Source of the DNA: Paracoccus suum
GTDB taxonomy: Bacteria; Pseudomonadota; Alphaproteobacteria; Rhodobacterales; Rhodobacteraceae
Reading direction: 5' to 3'
NCBI RefSeq assembly: GCF_003324675.1
Contig: NZ_CP030918.1
Span: forward strand, 330,001 to 362,000
DNA length: 32,000 nt
Position numbers and translations under genes: made by a program
Shown here: piece by piece, positions 22,584 through 31,649 of the stretch
Numbering within the stretch: position 1 is the first letter of the stretch
Layout: each line of letters opens with the position of its first letter
The notes under the pieces: model-generated
The model's database searches: none
What the model was told of the DNA's origin: nothing
The model's input: only the letters and a program-made list of their open reading frames with translations

Positions 22584-24055
22584 CGGGCGGGATCCGTCGT
22601 CGAGGGCGTTGGCTGCACCGGCTGGACCGGCGCATCGCCTCCGCTGGCCGCATCGATTGCCGCCGCGAGCGGGTCGGCGGACAGGGCACCCGGCGTCGCC
22701 GGCGCCGGTGGCGCCAGGGTCCCAGCCGGCGCCGTCGGCGTGGAGGGCGCCGGCGCCGCCGTCGCCGGGGCTGTCGCGGCCGGCGCAGTCGTGGCCGGCT
22801 CGGTCGTGGCCGGCTCGGTCACCGCAGCCGCATTTGCCGCGGCGGCGGCGGGCGGCGGCGGCACAACCTTGTCCGTCACGTCAGCGATGGTCTGCCCCGG
22901 CTCGAGGAACTCGACCATGGTCGTTCCGGCCTTGACCATGTGCGACAGCTCCTCGGCGTCCCAGTTGGTCAGGCGCACGCATCCATGGCTCTCGTTCCGG
23001 AACAGGCGCGAGGGGGTCGAGGTGCCGTGGATGCCGTAGGTCGGCTTGTCGAGATCGATCCAAACCGACCCCACCGGCCCGTTCGGCCCCGGCGGAATGG
23101 TCAGCACCTTGTCGTTCTTGCCCTGCTTGAAATTGACGTTGGGGTTATAGGTGTAGTTGGGATTCGTCGCCACGCCCTCGACAAAGTGCTTGCCCGAGGG
23201 CGAGGGCGTGTCGGTCGAGCCGACTGTCGCCGGAAAATCGACCACCAGCTTGCCGCCAGCATCATAGGCGGCAACCCGGCCGCTTGCCTTGTCGACGATG
23301 ATCCGCGTCACCTTGGCCTTGATCGGCTTGGCCGGCGTGACGACCGTGATCGTGGCGCCCGGCTTCAAATCGACGCCGGGGTTCAGGAAGGCGATGAACT
23401 TGTCGTCCATGTGAAAGCGCTCGCCCAGCTTTTCCGCGACGCTGGTGTATCCCAGCCGCTCCATCTTGGCCTTTTCGGCGTAGTCGGTGGGAATGCTTTC
23501 GACCAGGTCCGCAGCGTCAGCATCCGTGATCGTGTAGGTCTGAGTCAGCGGGCCGACGGACATGAACTGCTGCAATTGCGCCCAGACCTCGGGGTCCATG
23601 ACGCCATCGGTCGGCAGGCCCAGCTTGCGCTCGAACGCCTTGATAGCGCTGGTGCTCATGCCGCCTTTGAAGCCGTCCACCACCCCCGGCGAGATCCCGG
23701 CGCGGTCCAGCAGCACCTGCACCTTGGCGGTAATGGGCGAGCGCCCGTCGGGCAGATCGCCCCCGGTATAGGGCGCGGCCTCGATGTCGCTGCCGAGGAA
23801 GGGGGTGTTTGGCTGAACGACTCGCGCCGGTGCGGCCGGGGTTGCGGCGCTGTCGCCGGCTGCCGCGACGCTCGCGGCCAGCGCCGCCGCCGCCGGGCGC
23901 GGGATCGGCGCCCGGTGCACCGGGGCCGCCGTGCCAGCTGTTGCCGGCCTGCCCGAAGCGGGCGCCTGCGCCGCGGCCGGGGTTACGGCGCCGAAGGAGA
24001 GTGCTGCGCTGGCCATCAGCAGGGCAAGGCGGGATAGCGGTTGGCAGGCAGGCAT
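22580..24055 (-). CDS. L,D-transpeptidase (YkuD domain) with a peptidoglycan-binding domain
   Basis: Signal peptide, then a PG_binding_1-like segment (VQVLLDRAGISPGVVDGFKGGMSTSAIKAFERKLGLPTDGV). The YkuD catalytic motif is IHGTSTPSRLFRNESHGCVRLTNWD. The C-terminal tail is Ala/Pro/Thr-rich. Confidence 0.9.
   Translation of the reverse strand: MPACQPLSRLALLMASAALSFGAVTPAAAQAPASGRPATAGTAAPVHRAPIPRPAAAALAASVAAAGDSAATPAAPARVVQPNTPFLGSDIEAAPYTGGDLPDGRSPITAKVQVLLDRAGISPGVVDGFKGGMSTSAIKAFERKLGLPTDGVMDPEVWAQLQQFMSVGPLTQTYTITDADAADLVESIPTDYAEKAKMERLGYTSVAEKLGERFHMDDKFIAFLNPGVDLKPGATITVVTPAKPIKAKVTRIIVDKASGRVAAYDAGGKLVVDFPATVGSTDTPSPSGKHFVEGVATNPNYTYNPNVNFKQGKNDKVLTIPPGPNGPVGSVWIDLDKPTYGIHGTSTPSRLFRNESHGCVRLTNWDAEELSHMVKAGTTMVEFLEPGQTIADVTDKVVPPPPAAAAANAAAVTEPATTEPATTAPAATAPATAAPAPSTPTAPAGTLAPPAPATPGALSADPLAAAIDAASGGDAPVQPVQPTPSTTDPAR
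22788..22820. repeat. 15-bp tandem duplication (x2.2) inside the L,D-transpeptidase low-complexity tail
   Basis: gtcgtggccggctcg occurs at 22788-22802 and again at 22803-22817, followed by gtc. It encodes TEPAT-TEPAT on the minus strand. Confidence 0.85.
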
Positions 24056-24215
24056 GGTGTCTCCATTCGGAATTCTGGCAGGCGTCGGTCAGCGAAATGC
24101 TGCCGCTAACGTGCCGAACGTCGCACCCCGCCGCAACGTCCGATCACACCACCCCACGGGGTTGTGCAAGGTTGCGCGGAGCGCCAACAGGACACGTGAC
24201 AGGAAGGGCCGGCAG

Positions 24216-25010
24216 ATGAGCGATGCGACCTGCGAGATACGCGACGAGGGTGACCGGTTGGTCGTGACCAACATCAACCCGGCGCGCCGCAACGCCCTGA
24301 GCCAAGGCTTTTACGACGGCCTGACCGAGGCGCTGCGGACCGCGGCCAGCAGCCCCCGCATCGGCGCAGTGGTCATCACTGGGGCCGAGGGGTTTTTCTG
24401 CGCCGGCGGCGATCTGGGCTTTCTGGTCCAGGCCCAGGACATGGTGCTGGCTGAGCGGCGGGCCCGCATCGACGCGCTGCATCACGTGATTCGCGCCATC
24501 CACGCCTGCCCCCGCCCGGTCATCGCGGCGGTCGAGGGCGGCGCGGCCGGGGCGGGCCTCTCGCTGGCATTGGCCTGTGACCTGGTGGTCGCGGCCCGCG
24601 ATGCCCGCTTTACCGCAGCCTATGTGAACGCCGGCCTGGTCCCCGATGGCGGCCTAACCGCCGCGCTGTCGGCCGCGCTGCCGCCCCAACTCGTGGCCGA
24701 GATCTGCCTGATGGGCCGTCCCGTCTCCGCAGAGCGCCTCTTTGCCGCGGGCGCGATCAACCTGCTGACCGAACCCGGCAGCGCCTTGGCCGAGGCCGAG
24801 TTGATGGCAAGTCAGCTAGCCACCGGGCCCGCCGCGGCACAGGCAGCGATCAAGGGCCTGATCGGCTCGGCGCAAGCCAGCCTGCGCGCCACGCAGTTCG
24901 AGGCCGAGGCCGATGCGATGGGCGCCGCCCTCGGCCAACCCGAGGCCGCGGAGGGGATCGCCGCCTTCCTCGGAAAACGCAGCCCCGATTTCGCGCGCCT
25001 GCGCCGCTGA
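24216..25010 (+). CDS. Enoyl-CoA hydratase/isomerase (crotonase) family protein
   Basis: The start was re-assigned to the ATG at 24216 (MSDATCEIRDEGDRLVVTNINPARRNAL). The crotonase motifs VVITGAEGFFCAGGDL and AAVEGGAAGAGLSLALACD are present. Confidence 0.9.
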   Translation: MSDATCEIRDEGDRLVVTNINPARRNALSQGFYDGLTEALRTAASSPRIGAVVITGAEGFFCAGGDLGFLVQAQDMVLAERRARIDALHHVIRAIHACPRPVIAAVEGGAAGAGLSLALACDLVVAARDARFTAAYVNAGLVPDGGLTAALSAALPPQLVAEICLMGRPVSAERLFAAGAINLLTEPGSALAEAELMASQLATGPAAAQAAIKGLIGSAQASLRATQFEAEADAMGAALGQPEAAEGIAAFLGKRSPDFARLRR

Positions 25011-25147
25011 CCGATCCTTCGGCGCGCCGCCGTCGGGGCGGTGGCGCGCGTCCCTGAACGCTGTTGCAACCCACCCATGCGCGTGGCGCGCTTGACTTCT
25101 GGCTGCACGGTCGGCTTGCGTCGCCGGAATATTCGCGCGAGGTCCAG

Positions 25148-26344
25148 ATGTCCGTTACTGCCGCCCCTCAAGCCCGCGGTGCTGCAACCGCATGGTTCGT
25201 TCTGGTGGCGATCAGCATCTGCCACATGCTCAACGACATCATGCAGTCGATGCTGCAGGCGATCTATCCGCTGCTGAGCGCCGAGTTCAGCCTGACCTAT
25301 GCGCAGATCGGATTGCTGACCTTTGCGTTTCAGGTCACCGCGTCGCTGCTGCAGCCAGTGATCGGCGGCTATACCGACCGCAACCCGATGCCGCGCTCGC
25401 TGCCCTGGGGCATGGCGAGCAGCCTGGTCGGGGTGCTGATGCTGGCCTTTGCGCCCAGCTATCATGTGCTGTTTGCCGGCGCGATGCTGATCGGCATCGG
25501 CTCCGCCGTGTTCCACCCGGAATCGAGCCGCGTCGCGCGCCTCGCCTCGGGCGGGCGCTATGGCACCGCGCAATCGCTGTTCCAGCTCGGCGGCAACTTC
25601 GGCCAGTCCATGGGACCGCTGCTCGCGGCTTTCATCGTGGTGCCGCTCGGGCGGCCTTGGGTTTCGGTGTTCGCCATTGGCGCCGCGATTGGCATGACGC
25701 TGCTGTGGCGCGTCGGTTCGTGGGCGGAAACGCGGCGCCGGGCGGCGGCCGCGCGGACCGTTCAGGCACCGCCCCTGCCCCGCGGCAAGGTCATGACCGC
25801 ACTGATCGTCCTGGCGCTGCTGACCTTTACCAAGAACATCTACACCGCATCGCTTTCCAGCTATTACACGTTCTTCCTGATCGACAAATTCCAGCTGACC
25901 GCACAGCAGTCGCAGTTGATGCTGTTCCTGTTCCTGGGGGCGATGGCGGCGGGCGTGATGCTGGGCGGCATGCTGGGCGACCGGGTCGGCCCGCGCACGG
26001 TGATCTGGATCTCGATCCTCGGGGTGCTGCCCTTCACGCTGGCGCTGCCGCATGTGGGGCTGCAGGCGACGGCCCTGCTGACCATCGCCATCGGCGTGAT
26101 CCTCGCCTCGGCCTTCCCTGCCATCGTAGTTTTCGCGCAAGAGCTGGTGCCAGGCCGCACCGGCCTGATCGCCGGCATCTTCTTCGGATTTGCCTTTGGC
26201 ATGGGCGGGATCGCGGCGGCGCTGCTGGGTGTCCTGGCGGACGCGCGCGGGATCCAGTTCGTCTATCTAGTCTGTTCGTTCCTGCCGCTCATGGGTCTGC
26301 TGACGATCTTTCTGCCGCGCCAGCGGGACCTCGTGCCCGCCTGA
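25148..26344 (+). CDS. fsr: MFS transporter, Fsr (fosmidomycin resistance) family
   Basis: The start was re-assigned to the ATG at 25148. There are long stretches closely matching E. coli Fsr as recalled: HMLNDIMQSMLQAIYPLL, SLLQPVIGGYTDR, VFHPESSRVARLASGGR, ILASAFPAIVVFAQELVPGR, FFGFAFGMGG and FLPLMGLLTIFLP. Confidence 0.9.
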   Translation: MSVTAAPQARGAATAWFVLVAISICHMLNDIMQSMLQAIYPLLSAEFSLTYAQIGLLTFAFQVTASLLQPVIGGYTDRNPMPRSLPWGMASSLVGVLMLAFAPSYHVLFAGAMLIGIGSAVFHPESSRVARLASGGRYGTAQSLFQLGGNFGQSMGPLLAAFIVVPLGRPWVSVFAIGAAIGMTLLWRVGSWAETRRRAAAARTVQAPPLPRGKVMTALIVLALLTFTKNIYTASLSSYYTFFLIDKFQLTAQQSQLMLFLFLGAMAAGVMLGGMLGDRVGPRTVIWISILGVLPFTLALPHVGLQATALLTIAIGVILASAFPAIVVFAQELVPGRTGLIAGIFFGFAFGMGGIAAALLGVLADARGIQFVYLVCSFLPLMGLLTIFLPRQRDLVPA

Positions 26345-26359
26345 GGGGGATTGCCCGCG

Positions 26360-27682
26360 TCAGCCGTTGGCGCGCAGCACCCGCCCGGCGAGGTATAGCG
26401 AGCCGCAGATCAGCAGCCGCGCACCGGGATGGGCCTGCGCGAGGCTGCTGACCGCCTCGGCCACATCGGCGGCGATTCGGGCGGACAACCCAACTTCGGC
26501 AGCGGCAGCAGCGGTCGCCTCGGCCGGCAGGGTGTTGGGCTCGCCGGGGATGGCAACGGCGGTCAGGCTTTTCGCGACGGCGGCGAGCGGGCGCATGTAG
26601 CCGGTCACGTCCTTGGTGTTCAGCATCCCGCAGATCAGATGCGTGGGCCGCGCCGGCATCGCCGCCAGCGTCGCCGCAATCGCCGCGCCGCCCGCCGGAT
26701 TGTGGCCGCCGTCCAGCCACAATTCGCATGTGCCCGCAGCTTCGACCAGCGGGCCGTGGGTCAGGCGTTGCATCCGTGCCGGCCATTCGGCCCCGGTCAC
26801 CGCCGCGCGCGCCTCGGCCGCGCCAAACCCGAGGGCCCGCAGGCTGGCGATGGCAGTGCCGGCATTGTCGATCTGGTGCGGGCCGGGCAGGCTCGGCCGC
26901 GGCAGATCCATCAGCCCGCGCTCGTCCTGATAGATCAGCGCATCGCCCTCGCGCGCGGCAGCCCAATGCTGGCCTGCAATGCTGAGCGGGGCCATCAGCC
27001 GCGCCGCCCGCGCCTCGATCACCTCGAGCGCGGCATCCGCCTGCCGGGCGACGACGCAAGGGACCCGGCGCTTGAGGATGCCGGCCTTTTCGCCCGCGAT
27101 CTCGGGCAGGGTCTCGCCCAGATATTGTGTGTGGTCGATGCTGACCGGGGTGATGACCGTCAGGCGCGGCGTGTCGATGACATTGGTGGCATCCAGCCGC
27201 CCGCCAAGCCCAACCTCAAGCAGCGTGAAATCCGCGGGGTTGCGGGAAAATGCCAGGAAGGCGGTGGCGGTCGTGATCTCGAAAAAGGTCATCGGATCGC
27301 CGGCATTCGCTGCCTCGACCTCCTCCAGAAGGGCAGCGAGGTCCGGCTCGGGGATCAGGTGGCCCGCGATGCGGATACGTTCATGGAACCGGGCAAGATG
27401 AGGCGAGGTATAGGCGTGCACGCGCAGGCCCGCAGCCTCCAGCCCGGCGCGAATCATGGCCTGGGTGCTGCCCTTGCCGTTCGTGCCCGCGATGTGGATC
27501 ACCGGCGGGATCGCCCGCTCCGGGTGGCCCAGCTTTTCAAGCAAAAGCTGCATCCTGCCAAGGCTGAGGTCGATCACCTTGGGGTGCAGCGACATTAGCC
27601 GAGCGAGGATGACGTCGCTTGCGCTGTCATCAGGGGCGGGACCGGCCCCGACCTTCCCCGGCAGCAGCGGTGCGTCGCTCAA
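26360..27682 (-). CDS. folC: Bifunctional folylpolyglutamate synthase / dihydrofolate synthase
   Basis: HIAGTNGKGS P-loop and Mur-ligase layout, with the conserved N-terminal SDVILARLMSLHPKVIDLSLGRM. The only in-frame start upstream of that block is the TTG at 27682, 11 nt after the accD stop, so the start is uncertain. Confidence 0.9.
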   Translation of the reverse strand: MSDAPLLPGKVGAGPAPDDSASDVILARLMSLHPKVIDLSLGRMQLLLEKLGHPERAIPPVIHIAGTNGKGSTQAMIRAGLEAAGLRVHAYTSPHLARFHERIRIAGHLIPEPDLAALLEEVEAANAGDPMTFFEITTATAFLAFSRNPADFTLLEVGLGGRLDATNVIDTPRLTVITPVSIDHTQYLGETLPEIAGEKAGILKRRVPCVVARQADAALEVIEARAARLMAPLSIAGQHWAAAREGDALIYQDERGLMDLPRPSLPGPHQIDNAGTAIASLRALGFGAAEARAAVTGAEWPARMQRLTHGPLVEAAGTCELWLDGGHNPAGGAAIAATLAAMPARPTHLICGMLNTKDVTGYMRPLAAVAKSLTAVAIPGEPNTLPAEATAAAAAEVGLSARIAADVAEAVSSLAQAHPGARLLICGSLYLAGRVLRANG

Positions 27683-27693
27683 GGCCGCGCCCT

Positions 27694-28653
27694 TCAGGCC
27701 GGCTGCGCGGTGCGCGGTGCCTCGGCGGCCGCCTCGGCCTGCGGCTCGGGGTGCACCGGGCTGACCGGCGTTCCCGGTGCGGGCAGGTCGGCCACGACCG
27801 GCGCAGGCTGGCGCATCAGCATCCGCAGGATCGAGATCAACTCGCCCCGCAGATCACCGCGCTTGGTCACCCGGTCGAGCATCCCATGCTCAAGCAGGTA
27901 TTCGGCGCGCTGAAAGCCCTCGGGCAGCTTTTCACGGATGGTCTGTTCGATCACGCGCGGACCGGCAAAGCAGATCAGCGCGTTCGGCTCGGCGATCTGG
28001 ACATCGCCCAGCATGGCATAGCTCGCTGTCACGCCGCCCGTGGTCGGATGGGTCAGCACGACGATATAGGGCAGCCCGGCTTCCTTGAGCATCTGCACCG
28101 CGACCGTGGCGCGCGGCATCTGCATCAGGCTGAGAATGCCTTCCTGCATGCGTGCCCCGCCTGCGGCGCTGAACAGAACCATCGGCCGCTTCAGCCGGAC
28201 CGCAGTCTGGGCAGCGGCGATGATGGCATTGCCCACCGCCATCCCCATCGAGCCGGCCATGAAGCTGAAATCCTGGGCTGCGGCAACGATCGGGGTGCGC
28301 CCGACATTGCCCTCGACCACCAGCATCGCCTCGCGCTCGCCCGTGGCCTTTTGGGCGGCCTTCAGGCGGTCGGGATATTTTTTCTGGTCGCGAAAGCCCA
28401 GCGGATCGGTGACCGGCTCGGGCACGCGGATCTCGTTGAAGGCGCCGCCGTCGAACAGGGCGGTAAAGCGCGCGCGGGGCGAGATGGGCAGGTGGTGACC
28501 ACAATTGGTGCAGACCTGCAGGTTCTCGGCCAATTCACGGTGGAACAGCATGGTCCCGCATTCGGGGCACTTGGTCCACAGGTTCTCGGGCACCTCGCGC
28601 CGTGAGAACAGCGAGTTGATCCGGGGGCGAACGTAATTGGTAATCCAGTTCAT
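27694..28653 (-). CDS. accD: Acetyl-CoA carboxylase carboxyltransferase beta subunit
   Basis: The start was re-assigned to the ATG at 28653 ([10 protein letters not shown]...). Zinc ribbon [26 protein letters not shown] and carboxyltransferase core [13 protein letters not shown]. The accD-folC order is conserved. Confidence 0.95.
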   Translation of the reverse strand: MNWITNYVRPRINSLFSRREVPENLWTKCPECGTMLFHRELAENLQVCTNCGHHLPISPRARFTALFDGGAFNEIRVPEPVTDPLGFRDQKKYPDRLKAAQKATGEREAMLVVEGNVGRTPIVAAAQDFSFMAGSMGMAVGNAIIAAAQTAVRLKRPMVLFSAAGGARMQEGILSLMQMPRATVAVQMLKEAGLPYIVVLTHPTTGGVTASYAMLGDVQIAEPNALICFAGPRVIEQTIREKLPEGFQRAEYLLEHGMLDRVTKRGDLRGELISILRMLMRQPAPVVADLPAPGTPVSPVHPEPQAEAAAEAPRTAQPA

Positions 28654-28742
28654 CGGGCGCCTTGGGCCAGCCGCAGGGTCGCGCCTGAAATAGGCCGGCC
28701 GCACCGCGATTGCAATTGCGCCCCGCGCGCCGGCCCGGTTTG

Positions 28743-30179
28743 ATGGCCGGCATGTGGGGTCTGACCGTTGCCGTTTTCCATCTGGGCGCCGCGCTGCTGA
28801 TCTCGGCCCGCGTGCTGCTGCGCCCGCGCATTTCGCCCTCGGCCCGGCTGGCCTGGATCCTGGTGATCGAGGCGGTGCCCCTGATCGGCATCGTCGCCTA
28901 TCTGCTGTTCGGCGAGGTGCGCATGCGCCGCGCCGACAAGCAGCGCATGGCCGATGTGCGGGCCGCGCTGACCGGCGTCTGGAAACCCTCGCCTGATGTG
29001 GTGACCGCGCCGCCCGATTACGCCCAGCAGGTCATCGCAGCCTGCCGCGCCACCGGGGGAATGCTGCCGGTGTCCGGCAACCGCCTGACCCTGCTGGAGG
29101 AGAGCGACGCGGCCATCGACCATCTGGTAGGGGCGATCGATGCCGCGCACAGCAGCGTGCATCTGCTGTTCTACATCTGGTTGCCAGATACCAGCGGCGC
29201 CAAGGTGGCCGAAGCCGTGATCCGCGCCCGCGCCCGCGGCCTGACGGTCAGGGTGGTGATCGACGCCCTCGGCTCGCGCCTTCTTGCCCGGTCCGAACTC
29301 TGGGAGCGGATGCGCGCGTCCGGGGCCGAATGCGTGCGTGCCTTTCCTTGGGGCAATCCGGTGCTGCGCGCACTGGTCCAGCGACTGGATCTGCGCAATC
29401 ACCGCAAGATCGTGGTGATCGACAACCGCATCGCCTTTACCGGCAGCCGTAACTGCTCGGACACGGCCTTTGCGATCAAACCCCGCTACGCGCCCTGGAT
29501 CGACATCCTGATCAGGATCGAAGGTCCGGCCGTGCGCGAACTGCAAGGGGTCTTTCTGCAAGACTGGATGAGCTATACCGGCGAGGACCTGGGCGCGATG
29601 CTGGAAATGGTTCCGGCGGTGGCGGACCCCGGTCAGATCGCGCAGGTCATGGCCACGGGGCCCGATCAGAACGGCGCATCGCTGCCCGATTGCATGGCGA
29701 CGCTGATCTATGCGGCGCGCCGGCGCCTGACCATAACGACGCCCTATTATGTCCCCGATGAGGCGGTCGATGCCGCGATCCGCTCGGCCGCGCGGCGCGG
29801 GGTGCACGTCACCCTGGTCTTGCCCGAGCGCAACGACAGCCTGACCGTGGCGGCGGCGAGCGAGGGATATTTTCGCGCCTTACTGCGTGCCGGCGTGCGG
29901 ATCACCCTGTTTCGCGGCGGCCTGCTGCATGCCAAGATCATCACCGTCGACGGGCAGATGGCGCTGATCGGCTCGGCCAACCTGGATCGCCGCAGCTTTG
30001 ACCTGAATTACGAGGTCAACCTGCTGGTGGTTGATGATGATTTCACCGCCGAACTGGACGAGCGGCAGGCCAGCTACGTCGCCCGCGCCCGCCGCCTGAC
30101 CCTGCGCGAGGTCGAGGCTTGGAGCCGCCTGCGCCGCATCCGCAATAACCTGGCCGCCGTCGCAGCGCCCCTGCTTTGA
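28743..30179 (+). CDS. cls: Cardiolipin synthase (PLD superfamily, two HKD motifs)
   Basis: [18 protein letters not shown] and [23 protein letters not shown]. Two N-terminal TM segments include [22 protein letters not shown]. The track start at 28710 is TTG, so the ATG at 28743 is preferred (28752 is also possible). Confidence 0.9.
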   Translation: MAGMWGLTVAVFHLGAALLISARVLLRPRISPSARLAWILVIEAVPLIGIVAYLLFGEVRMRRADKQRMADVRAALTGVWKPSPDVVTAPPDYAQQVIAACRATGGMLPVSGNRLTLLEESDAAIDHLVGAIDAAHSSVHLLFYIWLPDTSGAKVAEAVIRARARGLTVRVVIDALGSRLLARSELWERMRASGAECVRAFPWGNPVLRALVQRLDLRNHRKIVVIDNRIAFTGSRNCSDTAFAIKPRYAPWIDILIRIEGPAVRELQGVFLQDWMSYTGEDLGAMLEMVPAVADPGQIAQVMATGPDQNGASLPDCMATLIYAARRRLTITTPYYVPDEAVDAAIRSAARRGVHVTLVLPERNDSLTVAAASEGYFRALLRAGVRITLFRGGLLHAKIITVDGQMALIGSANLDRRSFDLNYEVNLLVVDDDFTAELDERQASYVARARRLTLREVEAWSRLRRIRNNLAAVAAPLL

Positions 30180-30410
30180 GGTGGGAGCGGGGTCAACTTG
30201 CCGACCGGAAGGGCCAAACAGGTTGGGCAGAAAAATCGACATGCGTCGGGCGAACTGGCTGACTTGTCAATCACTTCGCTGGGTGCGACGCCCCTGTTTC
30301 AGTCAGCACGCCACCCTGCAGCGCAGGATTTGCAGGGTCCGATCAGGGTTGCATTGCTGGTTCGGAATGTGTCCATGGAGTTGTGTGAACATCGATGGAG
30401 GAGAATCCCG

Positions 30411-31049
30411 ATGAACCTATCGCCGCAAACGACCAAGCAGCGATTCGCGATGACACCGCTCGGCCTTGCCGCCGTCCTCATGACTTTTGCCGCAAGCCCG
30501 CTGGCCGCGCAGACCGCAGCCCCGGCACCTGCAACCCCGCCTGCGGCCGAGGCCCCCGCGCCCGCCCCGGCAACGACGCCTGCCGCACCGGCCGACGCCC
30601 CTGCCCCTGCGACCACCCCCGCTGCCCCTGCCGCGGCCGCCGCGCCGACCACCGAGACCGGCGCCCCGACCGCGGCCTACGAGGCGCAGAAGGTCGTCTA
30701 TCACGTCAACGGCAAAGGCGGCGAAGAGGGCAAGGCCTATCGCGCCATCCTCGGCAATATCCGCAATCACATCGACGCCGTCGGCGCTGACAAGCTGGAC
30801 CTGCGCGTCGTGATGCATGGCGACGGGATCGGCATGGTCCAGGACGCGGTTGACGATCAGGCCCTGCAGGGCACGATCATCGATCTGCGCAACAAGGGCG
30901 TGCGCTTCCTCGTGTGCAACAACACCCTCGTCGCGCGCAAGATCGACCCGGCCTCCCTGTTTGAGGTCAGCGAGGAGGACGTCGTCCCCTCGGGCGTCGC
31001 CGAACTCGGCAAGCTGCAGATGGAAGGCTTTGCCTACATCAAGCCCTGA
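30411..31049 (+). CDS. Exported DsrE/DsrF-like family protein with an Ala/Pro-rich linker
   Basis: The start was re-assigned to the ATG at 30411 (GGAGGAG lies 7 nt upstream). It has a signal-peptide-like AAVLMTFAASPLAAQ and an approximately 55-aa A/P/T linker. The C-terminal approximately 120 aa (KVVYHVNG...VVMHGDGIGM...VRFLVCNNTL...VPSGVAELGKLQMEGFAYIKP) fits the DsrE-like (COG1416) pattern. Confidence 0.72.
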   Translation: MNLSPQTTKQRFAMTPLGLAAVLMTFAASPLAAQTAAPAPATPPAAEAPAPAPATTPAAPADAPAPATTPAAPAAAAAPTTETGAPTAAYEAQKVVYHVNGKGGEEGKAYRAILGNIRNHIDAVGADKLDLRVVMHGDGIGMVQDAVDDQALQGTIIDLRNKGVRFLVCNNTLVARKIDPASLFEVSEEDVVPSGVAELGKLQMEGFAYIKP

Positions 31050-31233
31050 TCCGCTTGCGGAAAAGGAGATAAGGGCCGGGCCCTCGGCACGCACTGTCGC
31101 CGACGCCCGCATCCGCTGATCCGGTATCCCCCGGTTCAGTGGGGCCTGACCGCACAAGTCGGGGAACCGCGGCGGCTGGTGCCGGATTGCCTGTAGGCCC
31201 GGACATGGCAAGCAGCGCCAAGGAGGCCGCCAG

Positions 31234-31581
31234 ATGACCGACGACGACACCTGCGATCTCGCCAACAAGCACTGTGCCCCCTGCGAGGGCGGCACGCCCG
31301 CCCTGTCCCGGCCAGATGCCGAGGCTATGCTGATCAAATTGGACGGCTGGACCCTCTCTGAGGATGGGACGACCATCACCCGGCGCCTGACCTTCAAGGG
31401 TTTTGCCAAGGCCCAGCAGACCGCGAATGTCGCCGCATGGGCAGGCGACCGCGAGGGGCACCACCCGGACATCCGCTTTGGGTGGGGCTACTGCGAGGTC
31501 AGCTACAGTACCCACGCGATAGGCGGGCTCAGCGAGAACGACTTTATTTGCGCCGCCCGTCTGGACCGGATTCTGGCCTGA
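31234..31581 (+). CDS. phhB: 4a-hydroxytetrahydrobiopterin (pterin-4-alpha-carbinolamine) dehydratase
   Basis: 115 aa. CAPCEGG...L, LDGWTL, FKGFAKAQQTANVAAWAGDREGHHPDI and SYSTHAIGGLSENDF are PCD family motifs. AAGGAGG lies upstream of the ATG at 31234. Confidence 0.9.
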   Translation: MTDDDTCDLANKHCAPCEGGTPALSRPDAEAMLIKLDGWTLSEDGTTITRRLTFKGFAKAQQTANVAAWAGDREGHHPDIRFGWGYCEVSYSTHAIGGLSENDFICAARLDRILA

Positions 31582-31649
31582 CAACGGCTCTGGCGCTTGC
31601 CCCCCTTGGGCGCGGCCAGTATCCACTGGCCAAGCCAAGAGGGTCAGCC

